A stretch of DNA of 64,000 bases from Bacteroidales bacterium. Its GTDB lineage: Bacteria > Bacteroidota > Bacteroidia > Bacteroidales > UBA10428. The stretch is from the NCBI GenBank assembly GCA_016926205.1, contig JAFGPB010000073.1, forward strand, positions 17,272 through 81,271. The letters run 5' to 3'. The position numbers and the translations under genes were made by a program. The notes under the pieces were generated by a model that saw only the letters and a list, made by a program, of their open reading frames with translations, ran no database searches and was not told where the DNA came from. The stretch's first letter is position 1. Every line of letters begins with the position of its first letter. This document shows, piece by piece, positions 29,724 through 39,922 of this stretch.

Positions 29724-30305
29724 ATGACAGGTCAGTTTTTACAGATGCTTTACAAATCCGCAGGATGGATCCTGATGACAGTATTGGTATTCTTTTCCTG
29801 TAAGAATGATTTTGAAACCATAAATGCGCTGACCAGTGAATTGAAAATACCGGATCAGACAGGTTTTGACGTTGAAATCGTGTATCATGACTCGGGAAGG
29901 ATGCAGGGCAGGATTATCACACCTGAGTTGAACAGATTCGACAGGGTTGAAGAACCTTATATCGAATTTCCTCAGGGACTTAATGTTTATTTTTACAATG
30001 ACGATCAGGATGTGGAATCATACATACAAGCCAATTACGCCATTTTTTATCAGGAGACCGAACTTTGGGAGGCACGCGATAATGTATTTGCGGAAAACCT
30101 GTTGAGCGGAGAAAAACTCGAAACAGACCAGTTGTTCTGGGATCAGAAAAACGAAAAACTGTACTCCGAAAAATTTTCTAAAATCACCAATTTGGATGGC
30201 GTATTTTACGGTGAGAAAGGATTTGATGCAAATCAGGATCTCACTCAGTTAACTTTGAAAGGGGCAAGGGGTACTGCAATAATAGATGAAGAGCTGACCG
30301 AATGA
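29724..30305 (+). CDS. lptC: LptC-like LPS-export periplasmic protein
   Basis: N-terminal anchor with a FFSC lipobox-like end, and an OstA/LptC-like beta-jellyroll pattern. The ATG at 29724 is preferred over the TTG at 29679. Confidence 0.55.
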   Translation: MTGQFLQMLYKSAGWILMTVLVFFSCKNDFETINALTSELKIPDQTGFDVEIVYHDSGRMQGRIITPELNRFDRVEEPYIEFPQGLNVYFYNDDQDVESYIQANYAIFYQETELWEARDNVFAENLLSGEKLETDQLFWDQKNEKLYSEKFSKITNLDGVFYGEKGFDANQDLTQLTLKGARGTAIIDEELTE

Positions 30306-30340
30306 TTGTAATGTCTGAATGAACCTGCATGATTTAAGTT

Positions 30341-31615
30341 ATGAATAATGTAATTGTCATCGTACTGATGCTTATAGCTTCGGCTTTTTTTTCAGGCATG
30401 GAAATCGCTTATCTCGCATCCAACAAGCTCAGGCTTGAACTTGATAAAAAACAGGGGCTTCTATCATCCAGAATCATAAACATCTTTCAGTCATCTCCGG
30501 GCCAGTTTATTGCCACCATATTGCTGGGCAACAACCTGGCACTTGTTGTTTACGGTATTTTTATGGCAAGGTCACTCAATCCCTTTTTTGTGAAGTACAT
30601 AACTTCAGATACGGGCCTTCTGGCCGTACAGACCTTACTTTCCACGTTCGTCGTATTGTTGCTTGCAGAGTTTCTTCCAAAGGCTGTTGTAAGGATCAAT
30701 CCCAACAAAACACTGACCCTGATGTCAGTTCCCCTGCTTCTTGTTTACATCATATTTTATCCGGCCAGCAGGCTTTTGCATTGGTTTTCAGGCGTAGTCA
30801 TGAGAAAGGCAATGAAAGATGAATCTGCAAAAGAATATGATAAAATGGTCTTTGGCAAAGTGGACCTCGATTACCTCATAAGCGAGAGTCATGATGAATC
30901 AGAAGATTTCAACCAGGAAGAAAAGAATGAGATCAGACTTTTTCAGAACGCACTTGATTTTGCGAACGTCAAGGTTCGTGACTGCATGATCCCCAGACCC
31001 GAAATCACTGCCGTGGAGGTTAATACCTCAGTTGATGAATTGAGACAGAGATTCATTGAAACAGGTTTCTCAAAAATTCTGATTTATGAAGAAAATATTG
31101 ACAACATAACAGGTTATATCACTTCGAAGGAACTTTTTAAAAGTCCTGATTCCCTGAGAAAGGGGTTATTGGAAGTGTCCTATGTGGCTGAAACCATGCC
31201 TGCAAGCAAACTGCTTAGGATTTTCATCAAGGAACACAAAAGTGTTGCGGTAGTTGTTGATGAGTTCGGCGGTATTTCTGGAATGTTGACCATCGAAGAT
31301 ATCATTGAAGAAATATTCGGAGAAATTGATGACGAACATGATGTTGATGCATTCATTGAGAAGGACCTCGGAGAAGAGCGCTATATATTCTCTGGGCGAC
31401 TTGAAATAGATTATCTGAACGAGAAATACAGGATAAGTGTGCCGGAATCAGAGGAATATGGTACGCTTGCAGGATTTATCATCTACCATTCCGGCAGCAT
31501 ACCTAAAATGAATGACAACATCAGGATCGGTAATTTTGACATCAAGATATTGAAAGTGAGTCATACGCGTATCGAGCTGGTTCAATTTAACATCAATCCT
31601 GAATCAGGGTTATAA
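30341..31615 (+). CDS. CNNM/DUF21-CBS-CorC_HlyC hemolysin-family protein (GldE-like)
   Basis: Four TM helices of DUF21, a CBS pair, and a C-terminal CorC/HlyC domain. Confidence 0.85.
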   Translation: MNNVIVIVLMLIASAFFSGMEIAYLASNKLRLELDKKQGLLSSRIINIFQSSPGQFIATILLGNNLALVVYGIFMARSLNPFFVKYITSDTGLLAVQTLLSTFVVLLLAEFLPKAVVRINPNKTLTLMSVPLLLVYIIFYPASRLLHWFSGVVMRKAMKDESAKEYDKMVFGKVDLDYLISESHDESEDFNQEEKNEIRLFQNALDFANVKVRDCMIPRPEITAVEVNTSVDELRQRFIETGFSKILIYEENIDNITGYITSKELFKSPDSLRKGLLEVSYVAETMPASKLLRIFIKEHKSVAVVVDEFGGISGMLTIEDIIEEIFGEIDDEHDVDAFIEKDLGEERYIFSGRLEIDYLNEKYRISVPESEEYGTLAGFIIYHSGSIPKMNDNIRIGNFDIKILKVSHTRIELVQFNINPESGL

Positions 31616-31639
31616 AATCTTCTAATTTTAAATCCGCGA

Positions 31640-31647
31640 TACTTTTG
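31640..31647 (+). promoter_or_regulatory. Bacteroidota -7 box upstream of the PpiD-like gene
   Basis: TACTTTTG lies 92 nt upstream of the ATG at 31739. Confidence 0.3.
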
Positions 31648-31738
31648 AAATTTGACTTTCACTTATATAAAAAATATTGGAATCGGATAAATTGCTATAT
31701 TCGTACCCTATTTTTAAAATCAAATATTCTGTTGCTTT

Positions 31739-33853
31739 ATGGCAATTTTAGAAAAACTGAGAGTAAAAGCCGGGATGTTGGTGGCCATCGTGATCGGACT
31801 GGCTTTGCTGGCATTTGTATTGAGTGACTTGCTGGATTCAGGAGGCTCTCTTTTTACGCGTTCAAAATATGAAATTGCAGAAGTGTTTGGTAAATCCATT
31901 CCCTATACGGACTATGACAATCGTGTCAAGCAATTGGAGCAGATTCAGAAACTGCAAACAGGTCAGCTGAGTATTGACCAGGAAGTAATGGATCAGCTGC
32001 GGACGGCTGCATGGGAAAGCATGATCCAGGATCTGTTGCTTGATAAGCAATATGCAAAGCTTGGTATTGAAGTCTCACAGGAAGAATTATCCGATCTGAT
32101 CATGGGCGCCCAGCCGCATCCTTATATTCAGCAATTGTTTACCGATCCGCAAACCGGGATATTCAACAGGCAGGCATTTGTCATGTTTATGCAGCAGATA
32201 GAAAGCGTCGATGAAATGATTGATGAAAAAATATATTATTTGTTTCTTGAGAATGAAATCTTTCGCGAACGGAGATATGAGAAATATCTGAACATCATCA
32301 GACAAGGGTTGTATGCAACGGAACTTGAAGCTTCCAAAAACGCAGAGCTGGCAAGCAAGACCGTCGATGTGGATTATCTGGTCCGCAATTTCAGTACTGT
32401 TCAGGATGCAGAGATAAACATCAGCGACAAGGAAATCAGGAAGTATTACCGGGAGCATAAAAACAATTACGGGCAGGAAGAATCCAGGGACATCACCTTT
32501 ATTATTTACCAGGTGGTGCCTTCACCGGAAGACTACGAAGATGCAGAGAACTGGATCAATGACATCAAAGAGGATTTTGACTCGGCTGAAGACATAGAAC
32601 ACTTCATTACGATGGAATCGGATGTTCCCTACGATGCCACCAATTACAGTTACGGCGAATTGCCCGATACTTTGAATGACTTTATGTTTGCTGCGGAACC
32701 CGGTGCGACTTTAGGGCCTTATTATGAGGAGGATGCTTATAAGATTTCACGACTGGCCGAAATCAATTACCTTCCTGACTCCGTAAGAGCCAGGCATATC
32801 CTTTTGCAGGTGACGGAAAGCAATGTCAGCATGATTTTTGAAATGGCTGACAGCCTGAAAAACCTGATTGAAAATGGAGTGGATTTTTCGTTGCTTGCAA
32901 TGACCAATTCAGTGGATAATTCGGCTCAATCCGGAGGTGACCTGGGATGGTTCAGGGAAGGTGATATGGTCAGATCCTTCAGCGACAGCTGTTTTTTTGG
33001 AAATGAAGGAGATATTAAGATTGTTCCTACGGAATACGGTTTGCATGTTGTGGAGATCCTGGATCAATCGAGATCAGTGAAAAAAGTGCAGGTTGGAACT
33101 CTGGTAAAAAAAGTGGAAGCCAGTGAAGCTACTGACCAGCGTTATTATATACAGGCAAATGAATTTGCCGGTTTGAACAACACACATGAAAAATTCATTC
33201 AGGCAGCTGAAGAGGAAAGTTTTACCGGACAGTTACAGACAGCTTTAAATTTGGGTCCTATGGATAAAAGCGTCCCCGGTATTGCTTCCGCAAGACAACT
33301 GGTAAGCTGGGCTTATCAGGCTGAAATGCATGAAGTTTCCAACGTATTCAAGATTGATGATAAATATGTCATAGCAACGGTCGACGAAATCAGGGAAGAA
33401 GGTTTTGTCCCCTTGCAGGATATCAGGCTTGAGATCGAAAACGAAGTTAAAAAGCAAAAGAAAGCAGAAGTACTGATCGCACAGTTCACTCAGAATATCG
33501 GGAAAGCCACTTCATTGGAATCCCTGGCAGATGACCAGGGTCTGCAGCTACAGACGGCTTCAAAGATCACATACAATTCAAGCACATTTGGGAGTGCAGG
33601 TGTTGAACCCCGGCTGGTAGGTGCTGCCCTCGCTCTTGAACAGGACAGAATATCCATACCTATAACAGGAGAGAACGGTGTTTATATCATGGTGGTCAAT
33701 AATATCAGCAGGGATGTTTCCGATGTTTCCCAGACCATCGAACAGTTGCGTGGATACATAGAACAGGACTACAGTGCTCTGACCACATATTATGCATACG
33801 ATGCACTTATGGAACTTGCTGATATAGAAGATAGTCGGAGAGAGTTCTTTTAA
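31739..33853 (+). CDS. Periplasmic chaperone/peptidyl-prolyl isomerase (PpiD/SurA-like parvulin)
   Basis: N-terminal TM anchor and a parvulin domain (RARHILL...GGDLGWF). 704 aa. Confidence 0.85.
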   Translation: MAILEKLRVKAGMLVAIVIGLALLAFVLSDLLDSGGSLFTRSKYEIAEVFGKSIPYTDYDNRVKQLEQIQKLQTGQLSIDQEVMDQLRTAAWESMIQDLLLDKQYAKLGIEVSQEELSDLIMGAQPHPYIQQLFTDPQTGIFNRQAFVMFMQQIESVDEMIDEKIYYLFLENEIFRERRYEKYLNIIRQGLYATELEASKNAELASKTVDVDYLVRNFSTVQDAEINISDKEIRKYYREHKNNYGQEESRDITFIIYQVVPSPEDYEDAENWINDIKEDFDSAEDIEHFITMESDVPYDATNYSYGELPDTLNDFMFAAEPGATLGPYYEEDAYKISRLAEINYLPDSVRARHILLQVTESNVSMIFEMADSLKNLIENGVDFSLLAMTNSVDNSAQSGGDLGWFREGDMVRSFSDSCFFGNEGDIKIVPTEYGLHVVEILDQSRSVKKVQVGTLVKKVEASEATDQRYYIQANEFAGLNNTHEKFIQAAEEESFTGQLQTALNLGPMDKSVPGIASARQLVSWAYQAEMHEVSNVFKIDDKYVIATVDEIREEGFVPLQDIRLEIENEVKKQKKAEVLIAQFTQNIGKATSLESLADDQGLQLQTASKITYNSSTFGSAGVEPRLVGAALALEQDRISIPITGENGVYIMVVNNISRDVSDVSQTIEQLRGYIEQDYSALTTYYAYDALMELADIEDSRREFF

Positions 33854-35304
33854 TCCACTGCTCCATGCAGGTAAGGATTGTCTTTACTTAGCTTTACTTG
33901 CTTTTCATCATCATCTGACAAAGAATACCGGGAAATTTTAGTTTCATCAGAATGTTTTGGCATCTCGATCTGCAGTTGTTTTCTTTTAAATGCAGGAGTG
34001 TTTTCCAGTTCTTCTATGTCCCTTTCAGATTGCCCTGCACTGCTTTTCAAATCCTTTAGTTCTTCCTGTGTTCTCTTAATGATATTAACCCTATCAGAGG
34101 CTTTTTTTACATCCAGTGGCCTCTTGACCCTGCTGATACCCTGGAAAACATGGTCATCCACAGCCGTTAGATCAAATTCAATGGTACGCTGGGAAGGATG
34201 GCCATGATCCGGAACATTACCGGAAACGTCCCTCAACACGTATATTGTGTCATTTTCGTCCCGGTTATTTTCAGGTTTTTCATCAAGGGGGATCCTTTCA
34301 AGCTGTCGTTTGCGGATGTAAAGTTCGGGTATGCTTTGCGCACTGAAGCCAGTAGCTATGATCGTCACACTGACGTCAGATCCGAGATTCATATCCGTTC
34401 CGTTGCCCCATATCAGGTCGGTCTGAACACCTGAGCAGTCCTTCACAAAGTCAATGATCTGACCGATCTCATCCATGGTAACTTCTTCACTTCCTGAGAT
34501 CACATTCAGCAAAATGTTTTTTGCACCTTTGATATCTGTATCGTTCAGCAATGGTGAATTCAGAGCCAGCTTGACCGCTTCTATTGCGCGGTTTTCACCT
34601 TCAGCCGTACCGGTCCCAAGGATCGCTACTCCACTGTTGGTCATGACTGTCTGCACATCCGCAAAATCAACATTAATAAAACCGTGTACAGTAATGATTT
34701 CTGCAATACCTTTGGCGGCGACTGCCAGAACATTATCTGCCCTGGAAAAAGCTTCCGATAATCTAAGGTCTCCGTATATTTCACGGATTTTCTCATTGTT
34801 GACAACCAACAGGGAATCAACTTGTTCCTCCAGCTCGCCGATGCCTTCAAGTGCCTGGTTTATACGGCGCGGACCTTCATTTTTAAATGGTATCGTTACG
34901 ATTGCTACGGTAAGAATTCCCAGTTCCCTTGCAGCACGCGCAATGACAGGTGCAGCACCTGTCCCCGTGCCACCGCCCAGACCGGCTGTAATAAAAAGCA
35001 TTCGTGTGCTGACGGACAATACTTCTGTCAGGGCATCCAGACTTTCTATTGCAGCCTGTTTGCCGATTTCCGGTTTGTTTCCGGCTCCCCGGCCCTCGGT
35101 CAGGGAAGCACCCAGCTGGATTTTTACGGGCACGGGACTGTTTGCCAGTGCCTGAGCATCCGTATTGCACACAACGAAATCCACATCCTTGATACCCTGC
35201 CTGAACATGTGATTCACTGCATTGCTGCCACCGCCTCCGACACCCAGTACTTTAATAATAGACGATCTGTTGACCGGAAGTTCAAAATGCATAAGTTCGT
35301 CCAT
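33850..35304 (-). CDS. ftsZ: Cell division GTPase FtsZ
   Basis: Tubulin signature GGGTGTGAAP, with a long linker and a conserved C-terminal peptide. Confidence 0.97.
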   Translation of the reverse strand: MDELMHFELPVNRSSIIKVLGVGGGGSNAVNHMFRQGIKDVDFVVCNTDAQALANSPVPVKIQLGASLTEGRGAGNKPEIGKQAAIESLDALTEVLSVSTRMLFITAGLGGGTGTGAAPVIARAARELGILTVAIVTIPFKNEGPRRINQALEGIGELEEQVDSLLVVNNEKIREIYGDLRLSEAFSRADNVLAVAAKGIAEIITVHGFINVDFADVQTVMTNSGVAILGTGTAEGENRAIEAVKLALNSPLLNDTDIKGAKNILLNVISGSEEVTMDEIGQIIDFVKDCSGVQTDLIWGNGTDMNLGSDVSVTIIATGFSAQSIPELYIRKRQLERIPLDEKPENNRDENDTIYVLRDVSGNVPDHGHPSQRTIEFDLTAVDDHVFQGISRVKRPLDVKKASDRVNIIKRTQEELKDLKSSAGQSERDIEELENTPAFKRKQLQIEMPKHSDETKISRYSLSDDDEKQVKLSKDNPYLHGAVD

Positions 35305-35322
35305 GGTTTGATATTTTAATGG

Positions 35323-36639
35323 TTACATATTTTTGTCGGTTCCGTCATCAAAGAATTCAATGATGTTGGCTTTCAAATTTTTAATGATGTCATTGATTTT
35401 ACTGCCTTGTTTGCTTGAATTTACTTCATCTTCGGCAAATTCAGGTATTTCTGCTTGCTTTGTATCAGCTGTACTGTCTTTGCAGGGTTTATTCTCAAAT
35501 CCCATCAGCAGTAAACCTACACTGGTGGAGTACATGGGGTGAATCACTTCCTTGAGTTCAGGCCGGGCCAGCTGTACATCTGGCATACCAATGCGTACAT
35601 CGAGTCCGGTTCGATACTTCACAAACTGGGGCAGATGACGGAGAACGGATCCGCCACCGGTAAGAACAATGCCTGCATTGAGTTTTTCGAGACAGTCCGA
35701 TTCCTCGATCTGGTAGATTACAGCATCCATGATCTCTTCCATCCGTGATTGAATGATATAAGCCAGGCTCTTGACGGATACCTCCTTAGGTTCACGTCCG
35801 CTGATACCCGGTACAGCCACTACTTTTGATTCCTCAGCCAGGTCTCCCAGTGCTGAACCGTATTGTATTTTCAATTGCTCCGCATGTTTGCCTAAGATGG
35901 AACAACCTTCCATGACGTCTTTTGTGATCACATTTCCGCCGAATGGAATCACCGAAGTATGTTTGATGATCTCATCGCAATAAACTGCCACATCTGTTGT
36001 TCCCCCGCCGATATCTACCAGGGCTACACCGGCTTCGATCTCATCATCTGTGAGCACGGCCGCGGAGGATGCCAGTGGCTCCAGGATCATCTGGATGACA
36101 TTGATTCCGACCCTGTTTACACAGCGTTCTATGGTCCGTGCAGAACTGGTTTGACCGATTACGATGTGGTAATTGCCCTCAAGACGTTTTCCAAACATAC
36201 CTACCGGGTTTTTAACGCCGGTCTCGCTGTCCACCACATAATTCTGGGGAAGCACATGGATGATCTCCTCACCCGGTTGCAGGGAGATCTTATACATTTC
36301 GGACAGGATCCGGTCTGTATCTTCTTTTTTGATCTCATCGTCATATGAATCACGAAGGATATAACCCCTGTTCCGGATGCTTTTAATATGCTGTCCTGCA
36401 ATACCCACAAATGCTTCCTTAATATTCAGTCCGGTTTGTTTCCGCACTTCTTCCACTGTATGGCTGATGGCGCTTACAGCTTCTTCAATGTTCAGAACAG
36501 CACCACGTTTGATACCCCTGGAAGGAGTCTTGCTCATCCCTATGATTTCCAGCTTGTTGTTGCTGTTTAGTTGTCCGGCAATGGTTACAATTTTTGTTGT
36601 GCCGATATCAATTGCTGCAAGAATTTTGTTGTGGCTCAT
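35323..36639 (-). CDS. ftsA: Cell division protein FtsA
   Basis: Actin-fold motifs AIDIGTTKI and DIGGGTTD. Confidence 0.96.
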   Translation of the reverse strand: MSHNKILAAIDIGTTKIVTIAGQLNSNNKLEIIGMSKTPSRGIKRGAVLNIEEAVSAISHTVEEVRKQTGLNIKEAFVGIAGQHIKSIRNRGYILRDSYDDEIKKEDTDRILSEMYKISLQPGEEIIHVLPQNYVVDSETGVKNPVGMFGKRLEGNYHIVIGQTSSARTIERCVNRVGINVIQMILEPLASSAAVLTDDEIEAGVALVDIGGGTTDVAVYCDEIIKHTSVIPFGGNVITKDVMEGCSILGKHAEQLKIQYGSALGDLAEESKVVAVPGISGREPKEVSVKSLAYIIQSRMEEIMDAVIYQIEESDCLEKLNAGIVLTGGGSVLRHLPQFVKYRTGLDVRIGMPDVQLARPELKEVIHPMYSTSVGLLLMGFENKPCKDSTADTKQAEIPEFAEDEVNSSKQGSKINDIIKNLKANIIEFFDDGTDKNM

Positions 36640-36643
36640 TTCG

Positions 36644-37438
36644 TTATATTTTAGTACAAACTACCTGGTTCTTGTATTTTACATTAATGCGGATATACTG
36701 GTTCCAGCCGACATTGTTCAAACCCTGTAAATACAACAGTCTCAGATTTTCAAATTTTTGCCCGATGTTTTCTGCTTTTCCAAACTCAATAATATGAGGT
36801 CCTACCCTGGGAACCAATTCAAAATCATAATTTTTATTAACAAAGATCTGTTCAATCTGTGATTTCCAGAAATCGTCACCGTCAATGAAAGCTGCAAGGT
36901 CAAAAAGGTCATACAACACACGCCGGTTTGAAGGCAAAGAGTCATGCTTGATCTCAAAAATATTTACTGTCCGGGAAATTGTAAAAGGCTCCCTGATGAA
37001 TCCTGATGCGACCAGAACAAAGGGGCTGAAATTATCGGAAAGGGGAATGATATTGCCTTCCCGGTCAAGATAATATCCCTGGTCTGCCCCGTTAATGATC
37101 CGGATAAAGGGATTTTTCTGCCATATGTCCAGATGCAGGACACCGGGTTCAGTCACATAGGCTTCAGCATCTTTTATGATCTTATGTTTGCGAAGATGCT
37201 CTTCAATATCCCTCAGTCTGATTTCTTTCAGGGATTTGTCAACCGGATTCAGATCGTTGCGGTTCAGCATATTGATCACATCCTCTGCACCCAGGAACTG
37301 ATAGGCGAGGCTGTCCCTGATATGGACCTGGAATGACTGAATGCTGGCATTTTGTTCCCTGGTGTTGATAAAACCACAGATCACAATGAAATAGGAACTC
37401 ATGAAAACCAAAAACAGTATGTTTAACAACTTTTTCAT
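36644..37438 (-). CDS. ftsQ: Cell division protein FtsQ (POTRA)
   Basis: Single N-terminal TM helix, and its position between murC and ftsA. Confidence 0.8.
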   Translation of the reverse strand: MKKLLNILFLVFMSSYFIVICGFINTREQNASIQSFQVHIRDSLAYQFLGAEDVINMLNRNDLNPVDKSLKEIRLRDIEEHLRKHKIIKDAEAYVTEPGVLHLDIWQKNPFIRIINGADQGYYLDREGNIIPLSDNFSPFVLVASGFIREPFTISRTVNIFEIKHDSLPSNRRVLYDLFDLAAFIDGDDFWKSQIEQIFVNKNYDFELVPRVGPHIIEFGKAENIGQKFENLRLLYLQGLNNVGWNQYIRINVKYKNQVVCTKI

Positions 37439-37451
37439 AGAAGGATATCTG

Positions 37452-38822
37452 TCATCTGTATAATTTTTTTATGGGTTCCACGAACCGTTCAATATCTCCG
37501 GCACCTATTGTCAGCAAAATGTCAATATTCCTTTTTACGAGTTCAGGGATCAGCTGATCATCTCTGCAAAGCATCTTGCTTCTGATGGGTACCCGGTTCA
37601 GGATGATTTCAGAGCTGATTCCGGGTATAGGCTGTTCACGTGCAGGATAGATATCCAGCAGGATCAACTCGTCAAGCAATCCCAGACTTTCTGCAAATCC
37701 GTCAGCAAAGTCCCGTGTCCGGGTATAGAGGTGAGGCTGAAACACACCTGTTAGTCTTCTGCCCGGATACAGTGTGCGTATGGATGAAATGGTCGCTTCA
37801 ATTTCTTTTGGGTGATGCCCGTAATCATCGATGTATACGATATTCTCTTTTGTGACCTGAAGATCAAATCTGCGCCGTATGCCTGTAAAGCTGCCCATCG
37901 CACTACGGATGATCCCGGACTCTACTCCGAGAAGGGAAGCAATACCGGATGCAGCAACGGCATTTTCCACATTCAGCATTCCCGGATGTTCCAGTGAGAT
38001 GTCGTTTATGGCAAAGCCGGGTCCCACAAGGTCAAACGAGGATCGGTGCTCCTCAAGTCTTATATTTTGTGCATAAAAATCTGTTTTACCCTGAACTGAA
38101 TAGGTCAGGATTCTGGCTTTAATGGATTTCAGATCCAGGGGAATGTCTTTTTTCATCAGCAGCAGGCCGTTTTCGCTGATCTGCGAGGCAAACTGATCAA
38201 ATGAACGATGCATTTCATTGACATTACCATAAACATCGAGATGATCAGGATCAATGGCTGTGATAACCGCTGCAAATGGGTACAGTTTCAGGAAAGACCT
38301 GTCAAATTCGTCGGCCTCAGTCACCATCCAGTTGCTTTCGGGATCATAGATCAGGTTGCTGTTCAGATTTTTTGATATCCCCCCAAGAAACGCATTGCAA
38401 CCGGCTGTGGTATGCATCAACAGAAACGCCACCATGGTCGATACCGTAGTTTTGCCGTGGGTGCCGGCCACAGCCACAGTTTTCATTTCAGCTGACAGCA
38501 TGCCAAGTATTTCCGAACGCTTGAAAAGTCTGTGATGATGCTCTTTAAAGAAGATCATTTCCTGCAGGTCATCCGGGACAGCCGGAGTATAAACAACCAG
38601 CGTTCCTGCGGGCCGGCGGAATGCCTCGGGGATCTCGCAGGGTGCATCGTTATGATGTACCCGAATTCCCTCTTTCTGCAAAGAGACCGTAAGTGGTGTG
38701 GGATTGAGGTCATATCCCGCCACTGCTTTGCCTGCAGACCTGAAATATCTTGCCAGGGCACTCATGCCGATACCTCCTATTCCAAGAAAATAAGCGCGTT
38801 TTATGTTATCCAGAGCATTCAC
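37452..38822 (-). CDS. murC: UDP-N-acetylmuramate--L-alanine ligase
   Basis: GIGGIGMS and GTHGKTT motifs. The GTG start forms a GTGA overlap with the murG stop codon. Confidence 0.95.
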   Translation of the reverse strand: MNALDNIKRAYFLGIGGIGMSALARYFRSAGKAVAGYDLNPTPLTVSLQKEGIRVHHNDAPCEIPEAFRRPAGTLVVYTPAVPDDLQEMIFFKEHHHRLFKRSEILGMLSAEMKTVAVAGTHGKTTVSTMVAFLLMHTTAGCNAFLGGISKNLNSNLIYDPESNWMVTEADEFDRSFLKLYPFAAVITAIDPDHLDVYGNVNEMHRSFDQFASQISENGLLLMKKDIPLDLKSIKARILTYSVQGKTDFYAQNIRLEEHRSSFDLVGPGFAINDISLEHPGMLNVENAVAASGIASLLGVESGIIRSAMGSFTGIRRRFDLQVTKENIVYIDDYGHHPKEIEATISSIRTLYPGRRLTGVFQPHLYTRTRDFADGFAESLGLLDELILLDIYPAREQPIPGISSEIILNRVPIRSKMLCRDDQLIPELVKRNIDILLTIGAGDIERFVEPIKKLYR

Positions 38823-39922
38823 TTCACATGCATCAAATTAAATATTTCATCCACAATAGTTTTGGTTGAACCGGTCATGGCCATTTTTTTGCAGTTCTCA
38901 GCCAGCACAGACTTGTTTCTTTCATTTTTTACCAGTTTCAGGGCTTCCGGTATCAATAATGAAACTGCGTCCGCATCCCTTATCAGGATGGCTGCATTGT
39001 TTTTGACGAGGGCCATGGCATTCCTTGTTTGATGGTCCTCTGCCACATTGGGTGAGGGTACAAGAATAACGGGCTTGCCGACACAACAAAGTTCTGATAG
39101 GGTACATGCACCTGATCTTGAGACGATTACTGATGCAAGTTTGTAGACCAGGTCCATGCGGTCGATAAAATCAACGAAAGTCAGGTTCCTTAGATCTTTG
39201 TCCTTCAGTTCTTCTTCGATTTGCCTGTGATAAAGCTTGCCGGTCTGCCACAGAATGTGAACATTTTCACCTTCTATCAGACCGAGATGATTTAAAATGC
39301 TTTGATTGATCGTTGCCGCACCCTGACTGCCACCCAGTAACAATATCACAGGTTTACCGGCAGGAATGCCAAAATGCTGGTATGCTTCCGCAGCTTTTGC
39401 ATGCTCATGGCTTACCTCCTCCCTTACCGGGTTTCCGGAGAATATGATTTTTTGCTCAGGGAAGTACCTGTTCATTCCCGGATAGGCGACAAAAATACGA
39501 GCCGCTTTCGACCCAAGAATTCTGTTGGTGATGCCTGCATAAGAATTCTGTTCCTGGATCACATAGGGTATTTTCTTCATTAAGGCCATACCCAGGATGG
39601 GTCCGCTGGCATATCCGCCTACACCGATGACCAGATCCGGACGGAAAGTCCTGAGTATCCGCATGGCTTTTGCCATGCTGATGATTAATTTTATGAACAC
39701 TGTGATGTTCCTGTGGATCATCTTTCTGCGGAGACCTTCAACAGGGAGTCCGATGATGGGGAATCCAGCGGCAGGAATTTTTTCCATTTCCATTTTACCT
39801 TTGGCTCCGACAAACAGCAGACTGGCCTCGGGATCTCTTTTACGAATTTCCCGGGCAATCGACAGGGCTGGGAAAATGTGCCCACCCGTCCCTCCTCCGC
39901 TAATTATGATCTTCCTGTTCAT
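38819..39922 (-). CDS. murG: Undecaprenyldiphospho-muramoylpentapeptide beta-N-acetylglucosaminyltransferase
   Basis: SGGGTGGHIFPAL motif. The ATG at 39922 is preferred and overlaps the ftsW 3' end by 23 nt. Confidence 0.95.
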   Translation of the reverse strand: MNRKIIISGGGTGGHIFPALSIAREIRKRDPEASLLFVGAKGKMEMEKIPAAGFPIIGLPVEGLRRKMIHRNITVFIKLIISMAKAMRILRTFRPDLVIGVGGYASGPILGMALMKKIPYVIQEQNSYAGITNRILGSKAARIFVAYPGMNRYFPEQKIIFSGNPVREEVSHEHAKAAEAYQHFGIPAGKPVILLLGGSQGAATINQSILNHLGLIEGENVHILWQTGKLYHRQIEEELKDKDLRNLTFVDFIDRMDLVYKLASVIVSRSGACTLSELCCVGKPVILVPSPNVAEDHQTRNAMALVKNNAAILIRDADAVSLLIPEALKLVKNERNKSVLAENCKKMAMTGSTKTIVDEIFNLMHVK

